Shown: in pieces, positions 25,616-35,777 of the stretch | Position numbering within the stretch: position 1 is the first letter of the stretch | Layout of the letters: every line of letters begins with the position of its first letter | Program-made: the position numbers and the translations under genes | Origin: Myxococcota bacterium | GTDB taxonomy: Bacteria; Myxococcota; Myxococcia; Myxococcales; Myxococcaceae | NCBI GenBank assembly: GCA_046725335.1 | Contig: JBKOYI010000109.1 | Coordinates: forward strand, 1-48,039 | Length of the DNA stretch: 48,039 nt | Direction: 5' to 3' | Notes under the pieces: generated by a model | Database searches by the model: none | Told to the model about the DNA's origin: nothing | Seen by the model: the letters and a program-made list of their open reading frames with translations, nothing else

Positions 25616-25921
25616 CTATGGCTTCGCCATTTCGTCCGGGGTGCGGTCGCGCGGCCGCGCGGTGAGGTGGTCCTCGACGTCCTCCGGCGTTGGCTCGTCG
25701 AGGGCTTCGGCCTCCGCGAACCGCTCCACGGTGGTGGGGGTCAGATCGGAGGGTTCGCTCTCGGGCTCGAGGTCGGGGGCGTGGCCGAGGTCGTCGTTCC
25801 CAGGGGCGAAACGGTCGCCCTCCACCGCCGAGGGCGGGAGGTCGGCATCGGGCATCAGCTGCCTTTCGCCCTCCAGCTCGACGTCGATGGGCAGCTCGTC
25901 CAAATCGGGGTCAATGGGCAT
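25616..25921 (-). CDS. hypothetical highly acidic, probably disordered protein (101 aa)
   Basis: ATG 25921 lies 35 nt downstream of the SanA-like gene stop. G/C-rich third positions. Rich in Asp/Glu/Pro (MPIDPDLDELPIDVELEGERQLMPDADLPP...). No motif recognised. Confidence 0.45.
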   Translation of the reverse strand: MPIDPDLDELPIDVELEGERQLMPDADLPPSAVEGDRFAPGNDDLGHAPDLEPESEPSDLTPTTVERFAEAEALDEPTPEDVEDHLTARPRDRTPDEMAKP

Positions 25922-25956
25922 GGCAGGACTCAAACTGGGGGTCGCGCCGCGAGCGG

Positions 25957-26574
25957 TCAACCGCCCAGCGGGCTCGCCGCCGGTAGCTCGGGCGTCCGGT
26001 GCACGAGCACATCCACGACCGCCAGAGGCCGAGCCAGCAGCTCTCGCCAGACGTAGGGCGCCGTCCAGCGCGGTTGTCTCCCGGCGGCCACCCCCACCGC
26101 GTCCATCCCCGCAGCCCGGGCCAGGTAGAGCGCCCGAGGCAGGTGGAAACCCTGGGTGACCAGGATGGCCCGCTGGATGCCGAAGACGCTCCGCGCTCGC
26201 CAGCAGCTGTCGAAGGTGGAGGTCCCCTCCAGATCCGAGGAAATGGCTCCCTCGGGCACCCCTCCCTTGTTGAGGTAGCGGCGCATGGAACGGATCTCGT
26301 CGTGGTACGGGTCGGAGTTGCCGGTGAGAAGCAGTCGCCTGACCCGGCCCGCCCGCCACAGATCGGCCGCGACTTCCAGCCGCTCAGCCAGGACGTTCGA
26401 GGGCTCGCCCCCGGGGGCCAGCCCGGCCCCGAACACGATGCCCCAGGGCTCGGCCGGAGCGGACTGGAGCGAGAGGATGTCCCTCCGGAACCGCAATTCC
26501 ATGTACACCGTGGGCCCGAACAGGAGCAGCGCCGCCCCCGCAGCCAATCCCAGTCCAGCCGCAGTTGTCCTCAT
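25957..26574 (-). CDS. DUF218 / SanA-YdcF-ElyC family protein
   Basis: N-terminal TM helix followed by IVFGAGL...[28 protein letters not shown]...EIRSMRRYL...GTSTFDSC...[12 protein letters not shown], the pattern of SanA-like DUF218 proteins. Confidence 0.8.
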   Translation of the reverse strand: MRTTAAGLGLAAGAALLLFGPTVYMELRFRRDILSLQSAPAEPWGIVFGAGLAPGGEPSNVLAERLEVAADLWRAGRVRRLLLTGNSDPYHDEIRSMRRYLNKGGVPEGAISSDLEGTSTFDSCWRARSVFGIQRAILVTQGFHLPRALYLARAAGMDAVGVAAGRQPRWTAPYVWRELLARPLAVVDVLVHRTPELPAASPLGG

Positions 26575-26630
26575 GCTCCGCAGGGCCAGTCCTCCAGCGA
26601 GCGGTTGATTTGCGCTCTGCCGGGCTGTAG

Positions 26631-28994
<2,364 letters not shown>

Positions 28995-29030
28995 AGGGAG
29001 CGTGTCCTGGGCGGATGGCGCGGTGGCCTC

Positions 29031-29585
29031 TTGGTGCTCCTGGCCTTCGGGGCCCACGCCGAGCCGCGCCGCAGTGGCAGCCACGCCTCGACCAACGCCG
29101 AGTATGGAATCGTGATGCTGGAGGAAACGCCGGGGCACTGCCGGTTGGAAGTGACGCGGGACACCGACCCGCTCTGGACCTTGTCCCGCTGCCTGGGCTC
29201 GGTGGACGACCTGTACTTCATCAGCGACTCGGGCCAGCGCTTCTGGGTCCTGTCGGCGCTGCCCAGGAAGGTTCCGCCGCCTTCCAAGACGGCCAAGCCG
29301 GCGCGGTCGCGGTCAGTGCACGACAAACCGCCGGCCCACGATGCCTACGGCGGAGTGGTGGTGGCCGTGCTCTACGACCGACTGGGAAACGTTCTCTCCG
29401 AGCGGAGGCTGGGGGAGTTCCTCTCCTCGGCCAGCTACCACAAGCTCCGGGTCCTGGACCGACGCTTCGTCTGGCTGGAGGGGGTGGCCGGAGTGCCCGG
29501 CCGGGAGCCGCACGTGACGGAGAAGAACCAGGTGGAGTTCGACACGGTCGAGCCGCGGACGCACCGACTCGGCTTTCAGGAATGA
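29031..29585 (+). CDS. hypothetical protein inserted between atpD and atpC (probably secreted; start uncertain)
   Basis: Coding-like G/C-rich third positions over 184 codons. The N-terminus LLVLLAFGAHA-EP looks like the h/c regions of a signal peptide. It is in the same frame as atpD. A strong SD AAGGGAG (28994-29000) is followed by an in-frame CTG at 29007, TTG at 29031 and GTG at 29034. No family recognised. Confidence 0.6.
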   Translation: MVLLAFGAHAEPRRSGSHASTNAEYGIVMLEETPGHCRLEVTRDTDPLWTLSRCLGSVDDLYFISDSGQRFWVLSALPRKVPPPSKTAKPARSRSVHDKPPAHDAYGGVVVAVLYDRLGNVLSERRLGEFLSSASYHKLRVLDRRFVWLEGVAGVPGREPHVTEKNQVEFDTVEPRTHRLGFQE

Positions 29586-29595
29586 GGACGGGTTC

Positions 29596-30009
29596 ATGGC
29601 CAAGCTGAACGTCGACATCGTCACCCCCGAGCGGCGCCTCGTCTCTGCCCCGGCGGATGAAGTGGTGGCCCCCGCCGCAGAGGGGCTCTATGGGGTTCGT
29701 CCGGGCCACACTCCCTTCCTCTCCCTGCTCATGCCGGGTCCGCTGACGGTGCGGGAAGGGGCCAACACCCAGGCCTGGTTCGTGGCCGGCGGCTTCTTCG
29801 AGGTGCAGAACGACAAGGTGCTCGTCCTAGCCGACGAGGCCGAACCGCTGGCCAGCATCGACCTCGAGTCGGCCAGCCGGGCCCTGCACGAGGCAGAGCA
29901 GTCGCTGGCTGCCCTTGGCTCCGGCGACCCGCGCTTTGCCTCCGAGACGATCCGGGTTCAGCGGGAGAGGGCCCGGGTGGCCGCTGCCCGCGGCGCCGCC
30001 AAGACCTGA
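29596..30009 (+). CDS. atpC: F1 ATP synthase epsilon subunit
   Basis: LNVDIVTPERRLVS...GVRPGHTPFLSLL...FVAGGFFEVQNDKVLVLAD, followed by a helical C-terminus. Confidence 0.93.
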   Translation: MAKLNVDIVTPERRLVSAPADEVVAPAAEGLYGVRPGHTPFLSLLMPGPLTVREGANTQAWFVAGGFFEVQNDKVLVLADEAEPLASIDLESASRALHEAEQSLAALGSGDPRFASETIRVQRERARVAAARGAAKT

Positions 30010-30016
30010 GCTTACG

Positions 30017-30268
30017 ATGGCCATCCCGGAGCTATTCCACCGGCTCGAGGAGGAGAGTTCGGCTCGGGTCCGACGGTGGGTGGTGGACCACGAGCTGGTG
30101 GACCGGGTGCGTTTTCGGAACGTCCTTTATCCGGGGCCCGCCGGGGACCTGGCTGGCCACGGTGGCAGTGCCACCCCGGCGCTGTGGGACGGCACGCGGC
30201 TGTTCACCGGTGCCGAAGCGGTCATCGCTCGGTTGGAGGCGTTGCTGGACGTGGGGCGCAGCGACTGA
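30017..30268 (+). CDS. small glutaredoxin/thioredoxin-fold-like protein lacking the CxxC motif (83 aa)
   Basis: Lies 7 nt after the atpC stop. The pattern ...SSARVRRWVVDHEL...FRNV...TPALWDG-TRLFTGAEAVIARLE resembles a Grx fold (the vPxlxxdG...G part), with Ser where the active-site Cys would be. Weak assignment. Confidence 0.45.
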   Translation: MAIPELFHRLEEESSARVRRWVVDHELVDRVRFRNVLYPGPAGDLAGHGGSATPALWDGTRLFTGAEAVIARLEALLDVGRSD

Positions 30269-30275
30269 CCCGGGG

Positions 30276-30935
30276 TCATGGCTCCGGATTGGGCGGGCGA
30301 ATGCCCAGCTGTCGAGCCAGGAGCGCCAGCTGGGTCCGGTTCTGCTGCCGCAGCTTCCGGTAGAGGCTCGAGACGTGGGCCTTCACCGTGCGTTCGGTGA
30401 TCCGCAAGGACAGGGCAATCCGTCCGTTATCCGCCCCCGCCGAAACCCAGGCCAGGACCTGCCGTTCGCGCACGCTCAGTGGACGCAGCCGCTCGTGTTC
30501 CGGAAGTCGGGTGGCCTGGAAAGCCGCCCCCAGCATGGTTGCCGACACCGCGCGCTCGCCCCGGGCGAGCAACCCCAGCGCTTGCACGACCTCGTCGCAA
30601 GTGGCGACCCGGGCATCCAGATAGGCGGCGGCCCCGGCGGCGATGCACCGGTCGAGCAGCGCCGGCCCGTCTCCCAGCGCGAGAACTTGCACCTGGGGAT
30701 GGAATTGCCGGGCTTCGGCGACCACCTGGACGCCGTCATCGAACGGCAGGTCGGCATCGATGTAAGCCAGGGCTGGGTTCTCCTGGGAGAGCGAAGAGAG
30801 AAATTCGTCGGCCCGGGCATGACGGCCCACCACGGTGTAGCCGACTCCCGCCAGCACCCGAGCCAGCGCATCCCCGCGCAATGCTTGCCCGTCGAGGAGC
30901 GAGAGTCGCACGCTCCCCGATCCGTCTTCCGCCAC
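30276..30935 (-). CDS. NarL/FixJ-type response regulator (REC plus LuxR HTH)
   Basis: REC-like N-terminus (VRLSLLDGQ...AYIDADLP...VLALG). LuxR HTH: LSVRERQVLAWVSAGADNGRIALSLRITERTVKAHVSSLYRKL. GTG 30935 has GGAGGT 7 nt upstream. The track ORF start at 31094 uses rare codons. Confidence 0.85.
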   Translation of the reverse strand: MAEDGSGSVRLSLLDGQALRGDALARVLAGVGYTVVGRHARADEFLSSLSQENPALAYIDADLPFDDGVQVVAEARQFHPQVQVLALGDGPALLDRCIAAGAAAYLDARVATCDEVVQALGLLARGERAVSATMLGAAFQATRLPEHERLRPLSVRERQVLAWVSAGADNGRIALSLRITERTVKAHVSSLYRKLRQQNRTQLALLARQLGIRPPNPEP

Positions 30936-31120
30936 GGACTTGACCTCCGGCGCGTCGGTCGCGGCGAGCGCCCGCCAGGGAAGAACTCCGCACGCTTTTC
31001 CGAGGGTCAACCCGCGGCCCGAGGCGGATGTCACGGGTCGGTCATCAAGGGCAGACAGCCAGCCGTCGGAGGTCGGAGATGAACCTACACGCACTGGTTT
31101 GTTATTGAACGAACCTGCCA

Positions 31121-32164
31121 GTGGCCCGCCTCACGCTTGCCGTCTCGCTCCTTCTGTTGCCGTCATCCGTGTTCGCCCAACCTGGAGGGGTTCCCGTCCC
31201 GCTGGAACCGCCCGAGGTTGGAGTGCCCTTTGGCTGCGGGATGTCCTTTCCCGTGAGCCAGGTCCACAACGTCGGCAGCCACGTGAACAACGACGGCTGG
31301 GCCTGGGACTTCCGGATGCCGGAGGGCACGCCGGTGGTCGCCGCGCTCGACGGGGTGGTGCGACTGGCACGCGGGGACAGCAAGGACGGCGGGTGCGATC
31401 CGCAGCTCGCCCGCGAGGCCAACTACGTCGTGGTTGAGCACGACGGTGGGCTGGAGACGCAGTACTTGCACTTCTCCTCCGTCATCGTCCGTCCCGGCGA
31501 GCGCGTTCGTCAGGGGCAGCTGCTGGGTTACTCGGGAAGGACGGGGTGGGCCTGCGGCGCGCACCTGCACTTCAAGGTGGCGATCCCGGTCAGGGAGGGC
31601 TGGAACAATCCCTCGGTCGAGGCGCGGATCCGCGGCTATGGAGACCCGCGGCTGGAGACCTGGGTCTCCAGTCCTGCCTGCGGCGCCAACGCTCCGGTGG
31701 TTGCCGACAAGGGGGCTCCGAAGGCCCGGCCTGGAGCGGAGGTCGTTGAGCCTTCGTCGCAGGCTGCCGGAGGGACCGTGGCTCCGGCTTCACTTGCCAC
31801 CGGCCCGGACGCCGCAGGACCCGGCCATCCCTCCGGGCTCACCCTCGGTCCTGCCGGCGACCTGGGCGTGGAGACATCGCGGCCCCTTCCAGCGCCTGCT
31901 CTGCGGAGCGAGAGCCGAGCCGCTCCCGCGCCTGCGCTCCATCCGCTGTCCAGTGGCGGGGCGTCGCTGACCGTTGGAACTCCCCCGGCAGCGCCCAACT
32001 CGGTCCCTCTTGCTCCAGCCCAGCCCGCACCTTCCAGTCCGCCGAATTTGCTGCGTGTCGCGCCTCGCGGGCTGCAGGGTGCTGGGGCAGCGCCGGCGTC
32101 GCTGGGCGCCGAGCCGGAGCCGGAGGCGCAACCGGCAACGGAGCACAGTTCCTCGGCGCGGTGA
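31121..32164 (+). CDS. secreted M23 (LytM-type) metallopeptidase with a Pro/Ala-rich C-terminal tail
   Basis: Signal peptide MARLTLAVSLLLLPSSVFA. Zinc motifs HVNND (HxxxD) and AHLHF (HxH). The C-terminal ~170 aa are low-complexity P/A/S/G. Confidence 0.88.
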   Translation: MARLTLAVSLLLLPSSVFAQPGGVPVPLEPPEVGVPFGCGMSFPVSQVHNVGSHVNNDGWAWDFRMPEGTPVVAALDGVVRLARGDSKDGGCDPQLAREANYVVVEHDGGLETQYLHFSSVIVRPGERVRQGQLLGYSGRTGWACGAHLHFKVAIPVREGWNNPSVEARIRGYGDPRLETWVSSPACGANAPVVADKGAPKARPGAEVVEPSSQAAGGTVAPASLATGPDAAGPGHPSGLTLGPAGDLGVETSRPLPAPALRSESRAAPAPALHPLSSGGASLTVGTPPAAPNSVPLAPAQPAPSSPPNLLRVAPRGLQGAGAAPASLGAEPEPEAQPATEHSSSAR

Positions 32165-32236
32165 AGTGACGGGCGCCGAAGCGTCCCCAAACAAAGACTC
32201 CGCGTGGTCCGCTCAGTCCGGAGCAGCGCTCTGTCG

Positions 32237-33952
32237 TCAGCGGGCGACGAGTTGCCTTGCAGCCTCCAGCGGACCGCGCAGCGCCGCCGCCACCGACGCT
32301 CGAACATCAGAAAAGGCCGCCTCGAGTGCGCGGCGGAAGGCAACCTGCCCTGCTCGCCGCAGTCCGGCCGCCACCCCCGACAGTGTCAGCGCCACCACCA
32401 GCGTTCCGGCCACCGTCCAGGCTCCGGCCAGCACCGCGGCGTTGACGAAATAGCCCGCCGGGAGCCAGCGACCTTCCCAGTAGGCTCGCGCCACCCGATA
32501 GCCGACGTGGAGCACCAGGGCCAGCAACGGCAGCTGGACCAGCGGCACGAGGAGGAGGCGCGCCCACTGCCACCAGCGGGCCACCGCCTCGGCCAGCACT
32601 GCCCCTTCCACCTCGCGCCAGGCCAGGGCCCGGGCTCCGGCCAGCGTGGCCACCCAGCTCGGATGACTGGGAAGCCCGAGCAACTCCGGAGCCAGTCCGC
32701 GAGACGCTGCCGCGGTCCGCGCCGGTCCGAGCGATTGACGCCCCAGGTTGTCCAGCGCTCCGTCGGCAGTGGAAAGCACGGCGCGTTCAGCGGCGGCATC
32801 GCGGCTCCGGGACTGCACCTCGTCCAGAACGGCTCCGGTGGCGGCCACCAGCAGCCCGGCGGGGAGGCTGGCCTGGGCCGCCAGCGCCGCTCCGGCCAGG
32901 CCTCCCGAGCCCCAACCCGAGAGGCGCAATCCCCAACCGATGGGCCCACTCAGCCGTGCCGCCGCCTGCCGGCGCACCGTCTGGCGCAGATGCGCCGAGG
33001 CCGCCTCCAGCCGAACGCGGAAATCCTCCTCCAGCGGTCCGTGGGTCTGGGTCAGCCCAAGCTCCAGGGCGGCCTGCACTTCGGACCGAGTGGCCTCCGT
33101 CTCCTCGAGCGCCCGGGCCACGCGCTGCTGGAGCTGCCCCAAGGCCGCCCGGGCATTGCGGCGTCGCAGCTCGGTGGCCACCCCCTCGTCGGCGAGCCGC
33201 TGCAGTGCCTCGCGCAGTCGGGGCCAGTCCTCTCCGTCCGCCTCGCCCATCCGAGCTTGCAAGGCACTCACCACGTAGATGGGCGGAGCCTCGTCCACCC
33301 CCAGCTCCGCCTGGGCCACCCTGGCCACCTGAGCCCGCAAGGCCTGCCGGGCCTCGGTCCCCAGCTGGTCGGCGAAATTCAGCACGCACAACAGTGCCCG
33401 TCGGCGAGCAAAGGGACGGAGCGCATCGGCCGGCCGTGCCTCGGCCACCGAGCCGCGGTGCAGAACCAGCAGCACGGCATCCACATGCTCCAGCACCGCC
33501 AGGGCCGTGGCGGCGTGGTTCTGAGCGATGGAGTTGAGATCCGGCGTGTCCACGAACACCTGTCCGGCCCAACCGCCAGCGGGATCCGGCAGGTAGCGGA
33601 TGATGCGAGGCACGACCTCCGCCAGGGCATCCAGATCGGCCTCCACCGGGGCATAGGCCACGGCCTCGGTGGAGGTGGGGCGATCGATTCCTTCGCGGGC
33701 CAGCAGCGTGCCGGCCAGCGCGTTCAGCAAGGTGGACTTGCCAGACCCGGTCGAGCCGACCAGAGCCAGGCGAAGTGGGCGCTCGGCCAGGGCCAGCGTT
33801 CGGGTGTAGTCGTCGGCCAGCCGCAGCAGCAGAACGCGTGACTCGGCCAGGGCGGGGAGCATGACCGCGGAGTCCAGGCGGGCCCGAAGCACTTCCGGCT
33901 CGGGAAGCTCGGGCTCCTCGGCTTTGCGGCGCAGCCGCCGGAACCAGTTCAT
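32237..33952 (-). CDS. membrane-anchored dynamin-like/YfjP-like P-loop GTPase (downstream member of a pair)
   Basis: G1 GSTGSGKSTLLNALAG, switch II VFVDTPDLNS, G4-like LNFAD. About 200 aa of Ala/Arg/Leu-rich helical region follow, then three hydrophobic segments (GWGLRLSGWGSGGLAGAALAAQASLPAGLLVAATGAVL; LLLVPLVQLPLLALVLHVGY; AAVLAGAWTVAGTLVVALTLSGVAAGL). The start overlaps the upstream stop (ATGA). Confidence 0.8.
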   Translation of the reverse strand: MNWFRRLRRKAEEPELPEPEVLRARLDSAVMLPALAESRVLLLRLADDYTRTLALAERPLRLALVGSTGSGKSTLLNALAGTLLAREGIDRPTSTEAVAYAPVEADLDALAEVVPRIIRYLPDPAGGWAGQVFVDTPDLNSIAQNHAATALAVLEHVDAVLLVLHRGSVAEARPADALRPFARRRALLCVLNFADQLGTEARQALRAQVARVAQAELGVDEAPPIYVVSALQARMGEADGEDWPRLREALQRLADEGVATELRRRNARAALGQLQQRVARALEETEATRSEVQAALELGLTQTHGPLEEDFRVRLEAASAHLRQTVRRQAAARLSGPIGWGLRLSGWGSGGLAGAALAAQASLPAGLLVAATGAVLDEVQSRSRDAAAERAVLSTADGALDNLGRQSLGPARTAAASRGLAPELLGLPSHPSWVATLAGARALAWREVEGAVLAEAVARWWQWARLLLVPLVQLPLLALVLHVGYRVARAYWEGRWLPAGYFVNAAVLAGAWTVAGTLVVALTLSGVAAGLRRAGQVAFRRALEAAFSDVRASVAAALRGPLEAARQLVAR

Positions 33953-35760
33953 GCGGCACCTCCGCTCAGCGCTGCCGCTCCCTGCTCGAAGGCGGTGGCT
34001 GCCGTCTCGGCCGAGTGCACCTGAGCGTCGAGCCGGGAGAGAAGAGAGGCGAAGAGCCGCGCCTCGAGCGCCCGTCCCAGCGAGGCGCCGTGCGACTCCG
34101 ACCAGGAACGGGTGACTTCACTGCGAACCCCAGCTCCCAGGAGGTCGACGAAACGCTCCATGAGCGGTGTGGTCAGCAGCGTCCCGGCCCAGACCACTGC
34201 GTCTTGCCCGACTCCGCCGGTCACCACCGTGACCACCGCGGCGGTGCTGGCCGGAACGCTGTAGACGAGCGTGGTGAGGGCCTGGAGGGCGCCCCCCTCC
34301 AGGCCGCCGGGGAGGTGGGCCGAGATGAGCTCGCGGCAGCGGGCGTGGAGCTGGGCCCGGTCCTCCCGCAGCGAAGCGTCTTCCACCAGGGGCCCGGGGC
34401 TCTGCAGAACGGCCAGAGTGGGGAGGCCGAGGGCCTCGACCAGCGCGGCAGCGGTGGCCGGGTCTCCACGCCAGGCGGCCAACTCCGGACCCAAGGCTTC
34501 GAGCAGCTGGCGCACCCCATCCCGAAGGGCCGCGTCCACCGCCTGTGCCGCCTCCGGGGCGAGGGCGGAAGGCGGCGGCGGAGCGAAGGAGGCTCGCAGG
34601 CGCCGCCCGACTGCCGAGAGCACCGCCGCCAGTCCTCGGAACGGCCGACGGATCCAGCGATGGACGGGGCTGCGGGCATCGAGCTCGTCACGAAAGGCTT
34701 CCACCAGGACGTCCGCCGGGACGGCCCGGAGTGCGGCTCGCGCTCCCACTTCCCGCAGGCCATGGCGGAGCCGGCTTCGGAGCCGCTCCGGCTCGCTCGC
34801 CGCATCCCGGATGCGAGCGGCCAGTGCACTCAGATCGGCGGCAGTGTCGCGCAGGGCCGCCGCTCGGGCCTGGGCCCGCAGCTCGGCGCCGCGCCCGACG
34901 TCTCCGAGCAGGGTGGAAACCGGTGGAGCACCGTTCAGCGGTTCGACGGTGAGGGGTCGGCGCCCGGCTTCGACCTCCGGATCATGCGGACAGCGGTACC
35001 GCGCAAAGGGGAGGGCCCCCACGTCGCGCTCCAGCTTGTCCAGATGGGCACGGGTGGTGGCCGCCTCAGGGGCCTCGTTGTACACCGCGATCCACGGCCG
35101 CCCGCGGCCCACCGCATCCCGCACCACCTCCACCAGGGTGGCGTTCTGGTAGGTGTGGCGGGAGACGACGAAGACCACTACGTCCACGGTCACCAGCAGT
35201 GCCTCGGTCCGGATCCGGTTGTCGCGAACCACGCTATCGAAGTCGGGGGTGTCCACCAGCACCAGGCCCGGCGGCAGGCGAGCCGAGGGCAGCAGGAACA
35301 GCCGCCCCGGAGGTCCTGGCTCGGTCACCGGGGCCCGTGCCCCCGGGGGGAGCAGCACCACTTCGTAGCGAGCCGACAGGGCCAGCCGCCCCGGCCCGTC
35401 GGCGGTCGTGGGATGGGCCACCGCCAGGCATTGCTGGGTCAGGCCTCCTTCGGCCCGAGCCGGGGAGAGGGCTTCGCCGGCCAGGGTGTTGAAGAGGGTG
35501 GACTTGCCCACGTTGTTCGGCCCGGCCAGGGCCACCAGGAGGAGTGCGCCGGTGTCGGACAGCCGCGGCAACAGGTCACGCCCGATGCGATTGCTGACCC
35601 GTGCGGCGAGCGCGCGAATGGCCGGATCGGCGCCGTCGGGCAACCGTTGGGCTGCCTCGGCGACCCGCTCCAACACTGGGACGAGCCTGTTCGCCTCGGT
35701 CACGTCACCCAGAGGCACTAGCACAGGAAGCGGCGCCGACCCGCCCCGGGGTGCTACCAT
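33949..35760 (-). CDS. dynamin-like/YfjP-like P-loop GTPase (upstream member of a pair)
   Basis: G1 GPNNVGKSTLFNTLAG, switch II LVDTPDFDS, G4 position VYNEA. A long Ala/Arg/Leu-rich helical region follows, then a hydrophobic patch near the C-terminus (STAAVVTVVTGGVGQDAVVWAGTLL). The first ~19 codons use rare A/T-ending codons, so the true start may be GTG 35703. Confidence 0.75.
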   Translation of the reverse strand: MVAPRGGSAPLPVLVPLGDVTEANRLVPVLERVAEAAQRLPDGADPAIRALAARVSNRIGRDLLPRLSDTGALLLVALAGPNNVGKSTLFNTLAGEALSPARAEGGLTQQCLAVAHPTTADGPGRLALSARYEVVLLPPGARAPVTEPGPPGRLFLLPSARLPPGLVLVDTPDFDSVVRDNRIRTEALLVTVDVVVFVVSRHTYQNATLVEVVRDAVGRGRPWIAVYNEAPEAATTRAHLDKLERDVGALPFARYRCPHDPEVEAGRRPLTVEPLNGAPPVSTLLGDVGRGAELRAQARAAALRDTAADLSALAARIRDAASEPERLRSRLRHGLREVGARAALRAVPADVLVEAFRDELDARSPVHRWIRRPFRGLAAVLSAVGRRLRASFAPPPPSALAPEAAQAVDAALRDGVRQLLEALGPELAAWRGDPATAAALVEALGLPTLAVLQSPGPLVEDASLREDRAQLHARCRELISAHLPGGLEGGALQALTTLVYSVPASTAAVVTVVTGGVGQDAVVWAGTLLTTPLMERFVDLLGAGVRSEVTRSWSESHGASLGRALEARLFASLLSRLDAQVHSAETAATAFEQGAAALSGGAA

Positions 35761-35777
35761 TCAGGGCCTTGGGCCTC

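Noticed and set aside
35601-35777. N-terminal 59-codon extension of the GAF/PAS sensor ORF
   Set aside because: It overlaps the 5' end of the divergent GTPase gene and is Arg-rich. ATG 35778 precedes the receiver-like fold.
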